Assembly: GCA_951804945.1 (NCBI GenBank)
Contig: OX638154.1
Span: forward strand, 50,220,001 to 50,284,000
Direction of reading: 5' to 3'
DNA from: Podarcis cretensis
Taxonomy: Eukaryota
DNA: 64,000 nt
The notes below the pieces were generated by a model. It ran no database searches and was not told where the DNA came from. It saw nothing but the letters and a program-made list of their open reading frames with translations. Within the stretch, counting starts at the first letter, position 1, and the number at the start of each line of letters is the position of its first letter. This document shows, one piece after another, positions 50,326 through 62,579 of the stretch. The position numbers and the translations under genes were made by a program.

Positions 50326-52160
50326 TACACCAAGGTGCTTGTATGAAATTGCACAGCCTCACCTGATTCAGATGTTACAGAGAAATAGAGGGAAATGGGG
50401 GAGAGTCATTTTGTTTTACTAAGTATAGATCTTAAGCACCCTTCTGAGCACTTGCTTTTTCACGTGCTGAGAGACGCTGCTGTGGTATGGTCCTGATTTA
50501 GGGTGATTCGGGAGGAAATGATGCTTTCATGACCACCGAAGGACAATGGTGAAGAAGAACATCACCTCCCTCCCTCCATCTGCTCATACTGCAGTTTAGT
50601 GAGCATTAATTGCCTTATGATGGGAAGAACGAGAGCACGCCGGACAGTAATAGTCTAATCCCTGAAAACCGACAAAACAAGGTCCTGTTGAGATGGAGAA
50701 GCGCGTGACGTCAAGGAGAGGCTTAAAATATACTCCCGGGTTGAGGGAAGAAATCACATGACAGTTGTGAAACATGAGCTGCCCTTTTGAAGCACAAACC
50801 TAGGCAGAAGATTAAAGGGTGTGAGGGCAGGAGAGTAAAATTGCAGCTACTAAAACATTGTTTCTTTTCCATCCTTTTCTGAAGGCTCTGGCAGCATCCA
50901 GGGAGCCAGAACAGAATTATTTCATTCAGTGTACGGCCTTTTTGTACAAATGGCTGGCTAACCAGTTCCCCATCTGCTTTGCTTAACTGCCCCAGCTAGG
51001 CAGCCAATGAAATAAAAGCCGGGAGCAGTTCCTGGAAAGGGATAGCATTGAAGGGACCAGCTGCTGGTTCATGTTTGACTGCCCCCTATTAGCTGTTGCG
51101 GCTGGTTGATGAATGGAGCTCAGAACTGCATCCTTCAGCTTGCTTGCTTATTTGCAATTAACTATGGACTGTTTGCCTCGGTTTGCTTATTGGCTTGACA
51201 TTAAATCTATCCCTTCGTTTAGCTGAAGGCTTATATATTTTGTGAATTTTAGCCAGAATCATTAGAATTAGCGCTGTGTAAAAAACAAAAAATAGCCTCC
51301 CAGTGTTTTTCAGTTATTCTCCATCAATAAATAAAGAATGGTTTTCTCCTGGGTGGGGTGCTGGGTTTTTGCTGCACTTAACTTACTTTTGAGGTGGCTG
51401 GAGGGTATTTCTGTGAGTGTTGTTTTTTCATTCTCCAAATCATCTCCCTGGTGGTCTGCACTCTGCAACCTTCCCGAGTGCCCCCACATATGGTTTTGAG
51501 GAACTGCAGGATGGGAAGACAACAGGCCATCCAGGGGTTGTTCTACAATGGAAGAGGACATTAATTCATGTCCTCCCCACCCCAAAGCCACTTGTAAGTA
51601 AATGCAATCTCTTCTAAACCTGGACGTTCCTAGAATTTCACCCTGAGATAAAAGGCATATGATAAACCACCCTCTTTCACAAGAGATAATGATTATCTGG
51701 AAATTTAAAGGCAGGACTTGGCACAGGGCTAGTGAAAATGGGACATCATATTCAAAAGCTGTGAGCCTGTAGTTGATGTGGTGGTGTCTACCTCTCTCAT
51801 TTGAACATAAGAACTCAAAAGAGATATTTCATGGATCAGGCTAAGGGCCCATGTAGTCTGGCATCCTGTACCCCCAGTGAACAACCACAAGTATGTAGAA
51901 AGCCTGTGAGCAGGAACTGAATGCAACAGCACTCTCCCTATTTGTGATTCCCAGCAGAGACATACTTCCTCTGACAGTGGAAGTGGTGTGTGTGTGTCTT
52001 TGGACTTGTGTTTGTTGGGGTTCTGGGCAAGATGAGCTTTTGCTCTGACCCAGCCAGGGGTGGGGAACCCAGTGGCCTCCAGATGTTGCTGGACTAGGGC
52101 TCCCATCCAGTAGCGTAGCGTGGGGGTGCAGGGGGGCTGGCCGCACCGGACGCAACATCT

Positions 52161-52251
52161 GGGGTTAGGGTTAGGGGGCGCAAATCCATGGGTTAGGGGG
52201 CGCAAATCCATGGGTTAGGGGGCGCAAATCCATGGGTTAGGGGGCGCAAAT
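52161..52251. repeat. 22-bp minisatellite with telomeric hexamer
   Basis: GGGGTTA followed by (GGGTTAGGGGGCGCAAATCCAT) x3 plus a partial unit. Confidence 0.95.
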
Positions 52252-52252
52252 T

Positions 52253-52506
52253 AGAAGAAGAAGAAGAAGAGTTTGGACTTGATATCCCGCCTTTCACTCC
52301 CTTTAAGGAGTCTCAAAGCGGCTAACATTCTCCTTTCCCTTCCTCCCCCACAACAAACACTCTGTGAGGTGAGTGGGGCTGAGAGACTTCAGAGAAGTGT
52401 GACTAGCCCAAGGTCACCCAGCAGCTGCACGTGGAGGAGCGGAGACGCGAACCCGGTTCCCCAGATTACGAGACTACTGCTCTTAACCACTACACCACAC
52501 TGGCTC
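52253..52506 (-). mobile_element. tRNA-derived squamate SINE (Squam3-like) with (CTT)n tail
   Basis: Minus strand begins GAGCCAGTGTGGTGTAGTGGTTAAGAGC (A box) ... GGGTTCGCGTCTCC (B box) and ends in (TTC)n. Confidence 0.8.
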
Positions 52507-54739
52507 GGTGCTGACAACCCACGCTACGCCACTGCTCCCATCATCCCTTCTTATTGACCAGGCTGTGTGGGAAAGGTGGGTGCTGGAATCCAAGAACATC
52601 TGGAGGGCCACTAGATTCTAATCCCTGAGCAAGGCAGTGCCACATTTGCATGCAAGTTGCCATGCTAAAATCTGCCCTGATAATGTAGGGCTTGTTCCCG
52701 CAGTCACATTCTGTGTGATGTAGTTTCTTCAGCAGCAGTAATGTGCCTCTGCAATGAACTTTGGGAAGCTGAACTAGGCCTGTGAATGCTTTGATGCTTG
52801 TTGCAGAATCTGCTCCCTACTTATGTCATGAAAAGTATTGTGGAAAGTAAGTCAGACCATGCATGATGTGAGGAATTGTGACCAGGATACACACTGGATT
52901 CACTGGATACACTTTAATCTGCCAGGAAAGTTAACGTGGTTTTGGCTTTCCTGTGTAAGAAATGGTTGTCTGAGTGAGCCCCCAGACAACTCTACAGAAA
53001 TCCAGGACATTCAAAGGTGGGGGCAATTTACTTCCGGGAAAAAAAGACAGAGGCTCTTTTCTCTAGTCTAGGGAATAGTTCTTCCTAGTTTGTCCATAGG
53101 GTAAACCCAACCTTATTGCATTTTTCATTCAGCTAAAATTAGAACACAGCACAGTACTAATTAGAAGTGTAGTCAATGCAGAGTAACATTACACGATTGT
53201 TTTCTACATCTTTCTGAGCTTAGTGCTTCTCAAATAAATCGGCACTTGCTATTCCCGTAATGGCATCATGATGACTCATGTTCAGAGTGTAACTCTCTGT
53301 ACCACCCCAGTTGTAAGTGTAAAGTGATTCCTCATTTTGCCTTTATGTAGCAGCAAATTATTTCTCATTTTGTATGTCGGCATACCAGTGTTGCACTGCA
53401 TGCATGTACACTAGCGTCAGGGGGGCATTCCCCCCCTTGCCTCTAGAAACCTCAGAGAGAAACACCTGAAACCTGAAGAAAAGCATCTTTGTCAACTCTC
53501 GCTGGCATTTTATAAGGCATCCTCAGGATCTCTAAAAGACAAAATAACATGAGGGTGCAGATTCCAAAGGGGACGCTATTTCCTTGCTTCCAGTCTCCTC
53601 CTCTCTGTACCATTGAAAAGGGGCTTCAATCCAGAGCAGGGAGGCATAACATTTTATTCCTAGCATGTTAATGTCTAGCACACTGGGGCATCCACTTATC
53701 ATGTTGCTTCTTCAGAAAGCACTAGCAGTGTCTGCTGCTGGGACAGCCATCTAAATGGGTTACTGACCTGACAAGGTGGGCTACTTCCTGGTCTTAAAGA
53801 TGGCAGCTGAAGCCTGAAAAGGCGCAATTTAGAGAAAACTCAGACAGTCACGATGTCTGCATCGTAACCAAAGAAACTGCGCTTGCTGAGCATTTCCCTG
53901 CTGCGTACAACTCTCAAAGGGCTCATGGGATGAGGAGATGGCAGCTTCAGCTCTGACCCAGTCTTGTTACTATTAAAACACCACCTTTTTCCTGAATGCT
54001 AGGCTGTTTCCTAAAACAGTAGCCTGCAAAATCCTCTCTCGTCAGCATCCATACTTGCCAAGATCAGTCTTTATCTCCTTGTGTTTTGACTTTCCTTCCC
54101 ACAAAGACCCAAATGTTGATTTCTCCAAATTATTGACCCCCCCCCCGCCCTCATCCTACCTTCCCTCTCCATCAGCTTGAAACAGCTATGAATGAATGGC
54201 TGGTGGTCATGTGATTCTATCACCATGGAGACACATGGCAGCTGTAAGATGTAAGAATCAGGATCATAGGAGGGCGGCTGCATAACCAGCAAGTTATTTA
54301 TAGGTAGCTGTTTGTGAATTTATGGAATCACATCTGTCTTTGAGCATCATGTTTCATATTCACTCTGATTCCAGTGGGCCAGGGCATTATTCTTTACAAG
54401 CGTGCATTATACAAATCCCCCAAGTCTATGAATTAATCCAGAGAAGGAAGGGTTCTCGGTAGCTTATACAATCTCTGAGCAAGCTTAGATCAGGCTGGTT
54501 TAAAATTCACATTAATTTTTTCATCATGAGATCCTCTCACAAACCTACTCAGACTTCTCAATACATAGGTCAAACCACATCTTTGAACATAAGCTGCTGA
54601 TGGCTGCTCCATGAACACATGAAGGAAAAGCCATACAGCAACCCATGATCGTTTCTTAAACAAAGAGATTTCTTTTTGGGTTTTCCATGCAAATAGGAAG
54701 CAGGAGCCAGCACAAGGCGAGATGTGGGATCACCTATTA

Positions 54740-55178
54740 CAGGGTTGAATCTGAGAATTTTTGGTTGCTCGGTTTCTCATTTTTCAAAACTTAAATTCAG
54801 TTCACCACATTTCTGCAGCAATCTTTGAATTAAAAAAAATTGTCATGAAAATTATTCAGTATTTTAATGCAAATTTCTCCTAATAAACACATTTTTGAAT
54901 GAAATTTTAGCTGATGTACACATTTTTGCAAACATTCTTTCCAAATATGATGCATATTTGTTTGCTATTTTCACCAATATATTCTTTTTTATGCACACTT
55001 TAACCGCATATTTGATATTTTGCAAACACTGGTTGGTTGGGAACTGCATCACAAAATTTGGATGAGTGCAAATTTCAAAGTTTAGTTCTGTTTTGTTTCT
55101 TGCCTTGTTTTGGAAAGTGAGAATCTGATGGATTCACCTCTAAATGTGAACTGAATCAATATTCTCCCCCATCCCTAA
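54740..55178. mobile_element. Old AT-rich squamate interspersed repeat (probable DNA transposon)
   Basis: CAGGGTTG... start and ...CCCCCATCCCTA end; homologous to 45050-45333. Confidence 0.5.
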
Positions 55179-56519
55179 CTATAGGTACCCATTTCTGCCC
55201 CCTTTCTTAGAAGGTGAACATAATCTATTCAGTCCAACCTTAAACATTTTGTTATCCCCTAGGTAAAATTTGAAAAATGTGATCCAGCAGGCAGAAAGTT
55301 GTATCTGGATCTGGAGAACTTAGCACTATCCATAAGCTTTCTTTGGCAGAGCAAATAACAGTTTGGGGTGGGGACTGCTTAGAGCAGAAAAATGATGGGA
55401 GAGGGTGAGGGGGAAAGAGTTAACCCACTGCTGGTTATTGCTGCTGTAACTTACCAGCCATGGGGAAAGATGGGTGGAGGTGTCAGGATATTATTTTCTT
55501 AATTTTTGCTTTGCCAGTTCCATGCTTGCACAGCAGAGAGATGCAGATTGAACTCTTCTCTGGAGGCTAGACCAGCTTAGGATCCAGTGGGTCCTTGCTA
55601 GCCCAGCCCTGCCCTGCCCCCATTCTACCCTATTTAGGACTTAGGTCATCAGTAGTTTGTGCCATCAGTGGGCACAGAGTATCAGCTTTTGTGGAAGCAG
55701 ACCACCACCACCAGCAGCAGCAGCAGTGCCCCGGCCGAGAGAAACACCTGGATCCCTCCTGCAGCACATATCTGGGACTAGGATTGCTCTGCTCAGTAGG
55801 ACATGAGAAGCAATAGGAAAGATGGCTTCTCTTTTTAATGCTGCATAGCCTTTCTCCCTTAAATTGTCAGTGTAGAATCACAAATTTGTTAAACATCTAA
55901 ATGAGCTAGGTTCTGCACAATGGATAAATAAGGTGATAGCCCTGCTGGAACGTATTTTAGTGGGGACCTTTTTCTTACTTATAAAATAATCCACTTTCCA
56001 CCAAAAAGAGAAAGAGAGAAAAGAAAAGACTCCCACCAAACAGAATGAACCTCTTGTCACACCTAAGGCTGTCCAGCACTTTGCCCTAACTCAGACTCCT
56101 GCCTTCCACACTGCTTTAGAAAAAATATAAACAAGAAGAGAACATTTGATTTATGTCTCCAAAGACACAGAACTTGACAGTATTTTGTGAGATGTCTCAA
56201 GGGACATAACCCACTGTCTTAAGCACACAGGGAAAATTCTGATAAATTGCCATTTAAAAAACCAAGGAAGCCAAATGTCAAAATATAAATAACTTTATTG
56301 GACAGGCAGGGTGGAGGTAAAAGAAGGGAAAAGGAAAGGTAACAACCATCTATAGATACCCAGCCCAGCAGCTAAAATGGATAATGAAAATCTAACGGAG
56401 TCACCAATGTGCTATGTGCTTGGATGAAATCTTTACCCACAGGCAGTTTTTCTTTTCAAATACCAGCACCATCAAGAAAGACACCCATATTGAGGTTATT
56501 GCAATATGGGTGCAAATGC

Positions 56520-57010
56520 ATTTATATTTAATATTTATTTGTTTATTAAACTTATATCCTGCCCTTCCACCCAAAGGAAGGAGCCCAGGGCAGCAACCAA
56601 CAACTGATATAACAATAAAACGTCCTTACATTATTCCAGTAGAGATGTAGACTGGGAAAGATCTTGACTTAAAGGCTTGTTGGAAATAGGTGCTGAAAAG
56701 ACAACAGAGATGGCGCTTGTCTAATACTTAAGGGAAGGGAATTCTAAAGGATAGCACTAAGACACAATTGTGAGAAGCAGACCCTCCTGATAATGTGGCA
56801 TCTGCAGGAGGACTTCAGTTGCACAGCACAGTGATTGGTTGGGTATATAAGGGGCGAGGTGATCTTTCACATATCCTGGTCCCAAGCTGCATAGGCTTTA
56901 TACACCAAAACCAGCAGCTGGAACTTGGCCCAGTAGCTTCACATGTTGGCAATATCCTGTCCCAGCGAGCAGTTGAGCTGAGCTTTTATGCTCCTTGACC
57001 AGCCAGGAGC
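56520..57010 (-). mobile_element. L2-clade LINE 3' UTR fragment
   Basis: TTTATTTGTTTATTAAACTTATATCCTGCCCTTCCACCCAAAGG...CCTGGTCCCAAGCTG is collinear with 27516-27930. Confidence 0.7.
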
Positions 57011-57517
57011 TCATGCAGGAGGCTGCAAGATTGAATGCACCCTCTCTCCAAGCTCTGCATCAGACAGGGAGGGGGCACTTGCCTCAGTCCTTGCAGCATT
57101 TACCAACTGCCTCATCAGGGAGCAAGCAAAGTGCTCAGGAACTCGCTTCCTTCTCCAGGCTCCTGGTGCTGCAGTTTTTAATAGATTACAAAACAGATGA
57201 AATAAAGTTATTTCATTGACGGCCCTCATATTGTTATGTACAGAACAACACTGAGGGTGTTTAAACTGTAATAGCAACAGCAACTTCATACATTAGTGAA
57301 GTTGGCGTGTTATTAGATGCACAAAAATGGCACCCACGCAGCAGAATCATCTGCCATGGCTGGCCTTGGGCTAATCACTTGTCTCTTAGCTTCAGTGTTC
57401 CTTGACTGAAAAAATAGGGTGTTCTTTGTCTGCCTTTGACCCGTTTTAGGGGTTGGTGTTAGAATTCCTGATCAGTAGTAGATTTGTACTTATACATGCA
57501 GGCTATCTCGTAGCTCA

Positions 57518-57869
57518 GAAAGGGTGGTGCTGTGGGTTAAACCACAGAGCCTAGGACTTGCTGATCAGAAGATCAGCAGTTCGAATCCCCGCGACAGGGT
57601 GAGCTCCCGTTGCTCGGTCCCTGCTTCTGCCAACCTAGCAGTTCGAAAGCACGTCAAAGTGCAAGTAGATAAATAGGTACCGCTCTGACGGGAAAGTAAA
57701 CGGCGTTTCCGTGTGCTGCTCTGGTTCGCCAGAAGCGGCTTAGTCATGCTGGCCACATGACGCAGAAGCTGTACGCTGGCTCCCTCGGCCAATAAAGTGA
57801 GATGAGAGCTGCAACCCCAGAGCCAGCCACGAGTGGACCTAATGGCCAGGGGTCCCTTTACCTTTACCT
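57518..57869 (+). mobile_element. Sauria SINE, second (Podarcis-type) subfamily
   Basis: GGTGGTGCTGTGGGTTAAACCACAGAGCC...GTTCGAATCCCC...GGTCCCTTTACCTTTACC; TSD TATCTCGTAGCTCA (57504, 57870). Confidence 0.92.
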
Positions 57870-59029
57870 TATCTCGTAGCTCATGGGGCTCAGCAGACAG
57901 TTGACTCCACTCTCCATGCGCACTGTTACAATGCAAAGTACTGTACTTTGCATCTGGCTGAAGTTAAGTGGACCTTAGGGTTTTAGTGAACAAGGAAGTT
58001 GAACCCAGAAGCTTATAGTCTGCCATTGTTGATTGGTGCATGAAACTGGCAGCATATTAGCAGAATATTTGGTTTATGGACAAGCTCTGCTGTCATTTGC
58101 ACAGCAGTTTGGAATCAGAGCTGCCACCTTTTTATGTCAGAAGTGACATTCCCCTGGAACCTGGGGATGGTGGCGGATCAGATAGAACCAATACAGAATC
58201 TGGCAGACTGGGGGGTGATGCCAGAATGAGACTTGGTTTTTTATGGCTGGGTGGGTCATGGTAGAATTTGGTCAGCCATGAGTGGTTAATTACATCGATT
58301 GCTGCCGAACTTGGCCCCTTCCACTCTGCCCTTCAGCAGTGAGCAGACCTCCATTCTGGGGGCTGGGGGAGTAAGGATTGCACCACCATGCAGCAGAACC
58401 AATTGCCACAGCTGGCTCTCCCTCCCTGCTCTTGGTCACTGTAGGCCTCCAGTCCTGGGGGGAAATGATTAAGAAGCTCACAGCTGGACAACAGACCATC
58501 AGTCGCCAGTAATGGGAGGGGGAGGAGTGAGATGGGATGGAGGGCAATGGGTGGGGACACTCATGACCAGATGAAAATAGACTTTGAGTGGAGGATATGC
58601 TACCTGAGCAGCGGAATGTGTAAGAGTGGCTAGGAATGTGATTACATTGCATCATTTTATGCAATGTGCTTAGTGGATCCTTCAGAATAATACTGCCATT
58701 CTGCCAAAGGCGCTTTACCATTTAAAACACCAAAACAAGGGCAAGCGGCTTCAGGGCATTGGTGCCACTTCAGGAGCTGATGATGGCACTAGTTCCTCGG
58801 TTTGGGCTTCTTGCTTTCTGCTTTCCTCTCGGAGCACACAACTTTTTAGACAGATCCCTGTCTGTGTGGTGAAGATGCCCTGGCTGGATCTTTTCAAGTG
58901 ATCTTTCCTTTAGACTGCTCCAGAGGTTGAGCTCTCTGAGCTGGGAAGTTCCTGATTCTTCAGACCCAAACTCTGGGCCCTTGATAATACTGCCTTGCCT
59001 ATATGCGTTGGAACTCTTCTGATCTTCCA

Positions 59030-60200
59030 AGTGGCAGCACGTCCATTCTCACCACAGGCTGCTCGCGATTGCGGACCCTTTCCCGCAGTGCCCAAGCGGC
59101 TCGCCTGAGGCATGCCGGGAAAAGCGCGCCTTTCACCGAAGCATCAGGTGTTGGTTGGCCCTGCCGGGGAGGGGCCTCGAGGGTCCGCGGAGCAGCAGCA
59201 GCAGCGTCTAACCCCGCTCGGGCCCCCATGCCACCGCTCTGGGGCGCCGGGTGTGAGTGCGGGAGAGGCGGCTGGCTGCTCCCCGCGACCCCCTCCCGCC
59301 GCCGGATCCCCGAAGGGCGGCGAGCCGAGCCCGTTGCCAGCCGAAGCCCCGCGCTTTCCCACTGACGCGCGTCGGCGAGTGACTCAAGCCTACGTCACGC
59401 GCGCCCGGCCAAAAGACGCTCTCCTTGCCTGGGGAAAGGCGAGCAGCGCCAAGGTGCTCTCGTGGCGGCGGCGGCGACGCAGCAGCCTGCTCCGTGGTCT
59501 CTCGACAGCGACGAGCCGACGGACCTGACAGAGCCGCAGAAAGAGCGAGCCTTCGGGGAGTAGGAGGAGAAGCGGCAGCAGCAGCGGAGCAACTGGGCGA
59601 AGAGCGGCCCGAGCGCAGCGCGGCCACCTGAGTAAGCCGAGGCGCCAGAGCACTTTCCCCGGCGAGTGGTCAGAGGTCCGCCCTGCGTCCCAGCGCAGCC
59701 GCCTTCCGCCCTGCGTCCCGGAGGAGTTCCTCGACGGCGCACCGACGGGGCGGGCAGCCCACTGGTAAGGAAGCTAAGGAAGAGTGAGCCCTTTGGGGGC
59801 AGGTGCAGCGCCTCCTCGCGCCTTCTCCTTCGTCTTCCCTCTGTTTCTTCCCGCTACGCAGGTAGGATCTGCTTGTTTCGCTTTACCAAAAGGACACGGG
59901 GGGGGGGGGGGGAGAGAGAGGAAACTCCCGGTTGCTAGGCGAGGATGGAAAAAGGATCTCGCCTAGCAACTGGGGAGGAGGAAGGCAGGTGGACCAAGGG
60001 TGGAGAAAAGGGAAAAGGGAGCAAGGCGAGGAGGCGCGTCACCTGAAGCCTAAAAATAGCCAGCGATGCGGAACAGAAGGAGGCACGTTTGGGCGAGATA
60101 GATGGGGGGGGGGAGAGAGAGAGAGACGAGCAAATCGCCCTTTGCTGAAGCCCGGAGGGATTGCCACGATCCCTTCCGAAGAGATGCTTGGAGAGCTGAC
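59030..60200 (+). promoter_or_regulatory. CpG-island promoter, probably SLC6A17
   Basis: Dense CpG island; TGACG (59363), AP-1 TGACTCA (59380-59386) and ACGTCA (59392-59397) cluster; gene identity inferred only from conserved order after UBL4B. Confidence 0.7.
59400..59631 (+). other. SLC6A17: Putative non-coding first exon (probably SLC6A17)
   Basis: GC-rich leader without an ATG, ending at donor CTGA|GTAAGC (alternative donor CTG|GTAAGG at 59764); no SLC6 coding sequence in the window; boundaries uncertain. Confidence 0.4.
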
Positions 60201-61559
60201 ATTTTAAGTAAGTATGGGGTGGGGAGGGGGTATATAGCTCGCCAGTGGCCATCCTGAAATCCACGCAGCCTGAAGTGTGACCTTGATTGTAACATTGGGA
60301 AAGGAAGCAGAAACCACTCCGTCCTCATGAATAATGAAACGCCGGCGCTTGAATCCTGGCTCGTTTGGCCCCACCTCTCTCTGGGGCAATTCATCACAGA
60401 AGTTAGGGGTATAGAAGATGGGCCACAAGAAGCTGCATTCATTTGACTCCTAAGCTGTGGTTTAGGGTGGGGGAGAGGATGCTAGAGGTTTGTCTTGTTT
60501 CGTTTTTTTTTTTTTAAAAAAAGCCTGGGCATTTGTGAAAATTGTGGCTGCATTGGAAAGCCAGTTCTGGATCTGCTTTGAGCCCTGGTGGAAAAAAAGT
60601 TGCCATTGTATTTGATATAAATCCTATGCATTGATTCTTCCTTTTTAGTATGCTCTTTTTGAAATGATCAATAAACCCTTTTAAAATACAATCCAAGTCA
60701 TCAGCTGTTGACGTACGTACTTGAATGGGGTTTGGAAGTGGAAAGTGACAGATCCAAATAGCCTTCCTATTAAGATGCAGCTCTGACTGTAACATAACTG
60801 CCTAAAAAATAGATTGTGTTTATGGTGTTTGCTCCTGATTTGCATTTGCAATTGGAAGCATGTGTGCAAAGCTCCATTAACACTTTTGCTTAAACCAGAG
60901 TGAATCTGGAGTCAAATTCTTATCTCTGGAGCTATGTGCAAGCTATGTGGGAATTTTAGTGCCCCAGAAGAAATGTTTAAATGGTGCCTACTGCACCATT
61001 TAATGGCACCATGCTCAGGCTGCTGGAGGATCATCCCCTGTCCCACCTCACTTGGTCCTTTTGCTTGTCAATCTCTGATAAGGCCTCCTTCACTACCATT
61101 CCAGGTCCTGCAGCTGGATGAACTGATCCCTTATTGGACTATCTGGTTTCCATTTCCTCCAATATGCCCTGCACTCCATGCCTTGATGTGCCATGACTTC
61201 TTAGCCATTTATGGTTCATATCCAGCCTCAGCCCACTTTCCCACATCTTCCGTCTGCTCATTGCATCAGGTCCTCCAACCTCTGTTTGTTCCTTGTTGTG
61301 CATAAGCAGCAGAAGCACATGTGCCAAGAATTCAGGATGTACCTTTCCTCCTCTTCTGCTGCAGCAACAAAAGTGCTGTTCCATATTAGTATGTTCCTAG
61401 ATCTCCACCATGACTGCCTAATTGTAAGGCCAGCACGACATGTGACTCTCTCTACAAATGACATTGAATTACTATGCAGCATGCCCCTATAACGTAATAA
61501 TGAACTTAGAAAGCTGACTTATATATCAAGCTTGATACTGTCCACACTAACTAATAGCG

Positions 61560-61675
61560 GCTCTCATGGGCTTCATACAAGAGTCTTTCCTAGGCCTATC
61601 TGGAGATGCAAGGGATTGGACCTGAGACTTTCTGTATGCAAAGCAGATGCTCCGCCACTGAGCTATGGCCCTTCC
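61560..61675 (-). mobile_element. Decayed tRNA-headed SINE fragment
   Basis: Minus strand GGGCCATAGCTCAGTGGCGGAGCATCTGCTTTGCATACAGAAAGTCTCAGGTCCAATCCC has an A/B-box layout. Confidence 0.6.
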
Positions 61676-62579
61676 CCTGGTTTTGGCCCTTCCTGTTTGT
61701 GGACATATGTTTCACAGATCCTAAGGTTAGATAAAACTGTCGGATAATCCAGCAGGGTCTCTTCTGTTGCACAGCCCGTATGGATCTTCCCAGCCTGTGA
61801 CTTATTTTTAGCTGCAGAGAAGCATCCTTTTAGAAGGGCATCTCTATCCATCTTGATGTTCTCAAGGGAATAATAAAGTTTCCATTTGCTTGCCTGTCTT
61901 CTAGAAAGCTCATTCTCTGATGCTGAGAGTCAATAGGGACTCTCAGACAGAATGTTGGGTCTAGGAGTTCAGGGTTCCATTCCTAGCTTAGCCTCTGCGT
62001 GGCCCTGGCTCTGCTCCCCATTTCTAATGTGACAAGAATAATAGTATCATAGAATTGTAGAGTTGGGATGGACCACAAGGGTGCAAGAATATCTTTGCCC
62101 AGCATGGGGCTCAAACCCACATGAGATTAAGAGTCATGCTCTACTGACTAAACTACCCCAGCAGTGATGGAACTCGCAAGGTTGTGTGTGTATGTGTGTG
62201 CGTGCGCAGAAGGAGGATGAGAGATTTAAAATGAGTTTTAAAATGGCAAGGCACTTGGCGTAGCTAGAAGTGCCACATCCATTATTAATCATGGAGAATG
62301 CATTGCTGGTGGCCTCTGCGGGGGTCCTCCTGACATCATTCAGCAGTGCCATCTCTCCATCTGTCCCTCTCCTCTTGCCCTTCCTCAAGGGTGACCTTTT
62401 CTCTTTCAGCAGCTTTGGGCCTCACACCTGCATCGCTCTGCTCCTCCTCTGTGTTCATGTCTCCCAGGGGAGTTAGAGAAGCTGTTTTTTTTGCCTCCTT
62501 TCTTTGTTATCACTACAGCAACCCTCCAAGATCAGAGAGAGAGGGGAGGGGAATGTATATCAGAGCAAGGGGAGGAAGT

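Larger units (their letters stand above)
52108..52534. mobile_element. Young hAT non-autonomous element containing a TTAGGG minisatellite
   Basis: TIRs CAGTAGCGTAGCGTGGG / CCCACGCTACGCCACTG; perfect 8-bp TSD CTCCCATC (52100, 52535). Confidence 0.85.
52055..52627. mobile_element. Old palindromic hAT MITE split by nested insertions
   Basis: Left arm CAGGGGTGGGGAACC...CTCCAGATGTTGCTGGACT; right arm AACATCTGGAGGGCCAC...ATCCCTG. Confidence 0.7.

Noticed and set aside
52161-52251. Tandem repeats as a CRISPR array or a true telomere/fusion site
   Set aside because: Eukaryotic DNA, no spacers, and the array is bounded by transposon TIRs and a TSD
56287-57213. 13-bp inverted repeat AATAAAGTTATTT flanking the L2 fragment
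   Set aside because: Short and AT-rich with no TSD or further symmetry; consistent with chance
59440-59500. Possible REST/RE1 silencer in the neuronal-gene promoter
   Set aside because: Only partial half-site matches (CCAAGGTGCT, TCCGTGGT); too many mismatches to the 21-bp consensus
59003-59966. Multiple ORFs in the 59-kb CpG island, including a signal-peptide-like LLLPLLLLL on the minus strand
   Set aside because: Several have non-ATG starts, composition is Arg/Ala/Pro/Gly-rich from GC content and CAG/CTG repeats, and there is no recognisable homology
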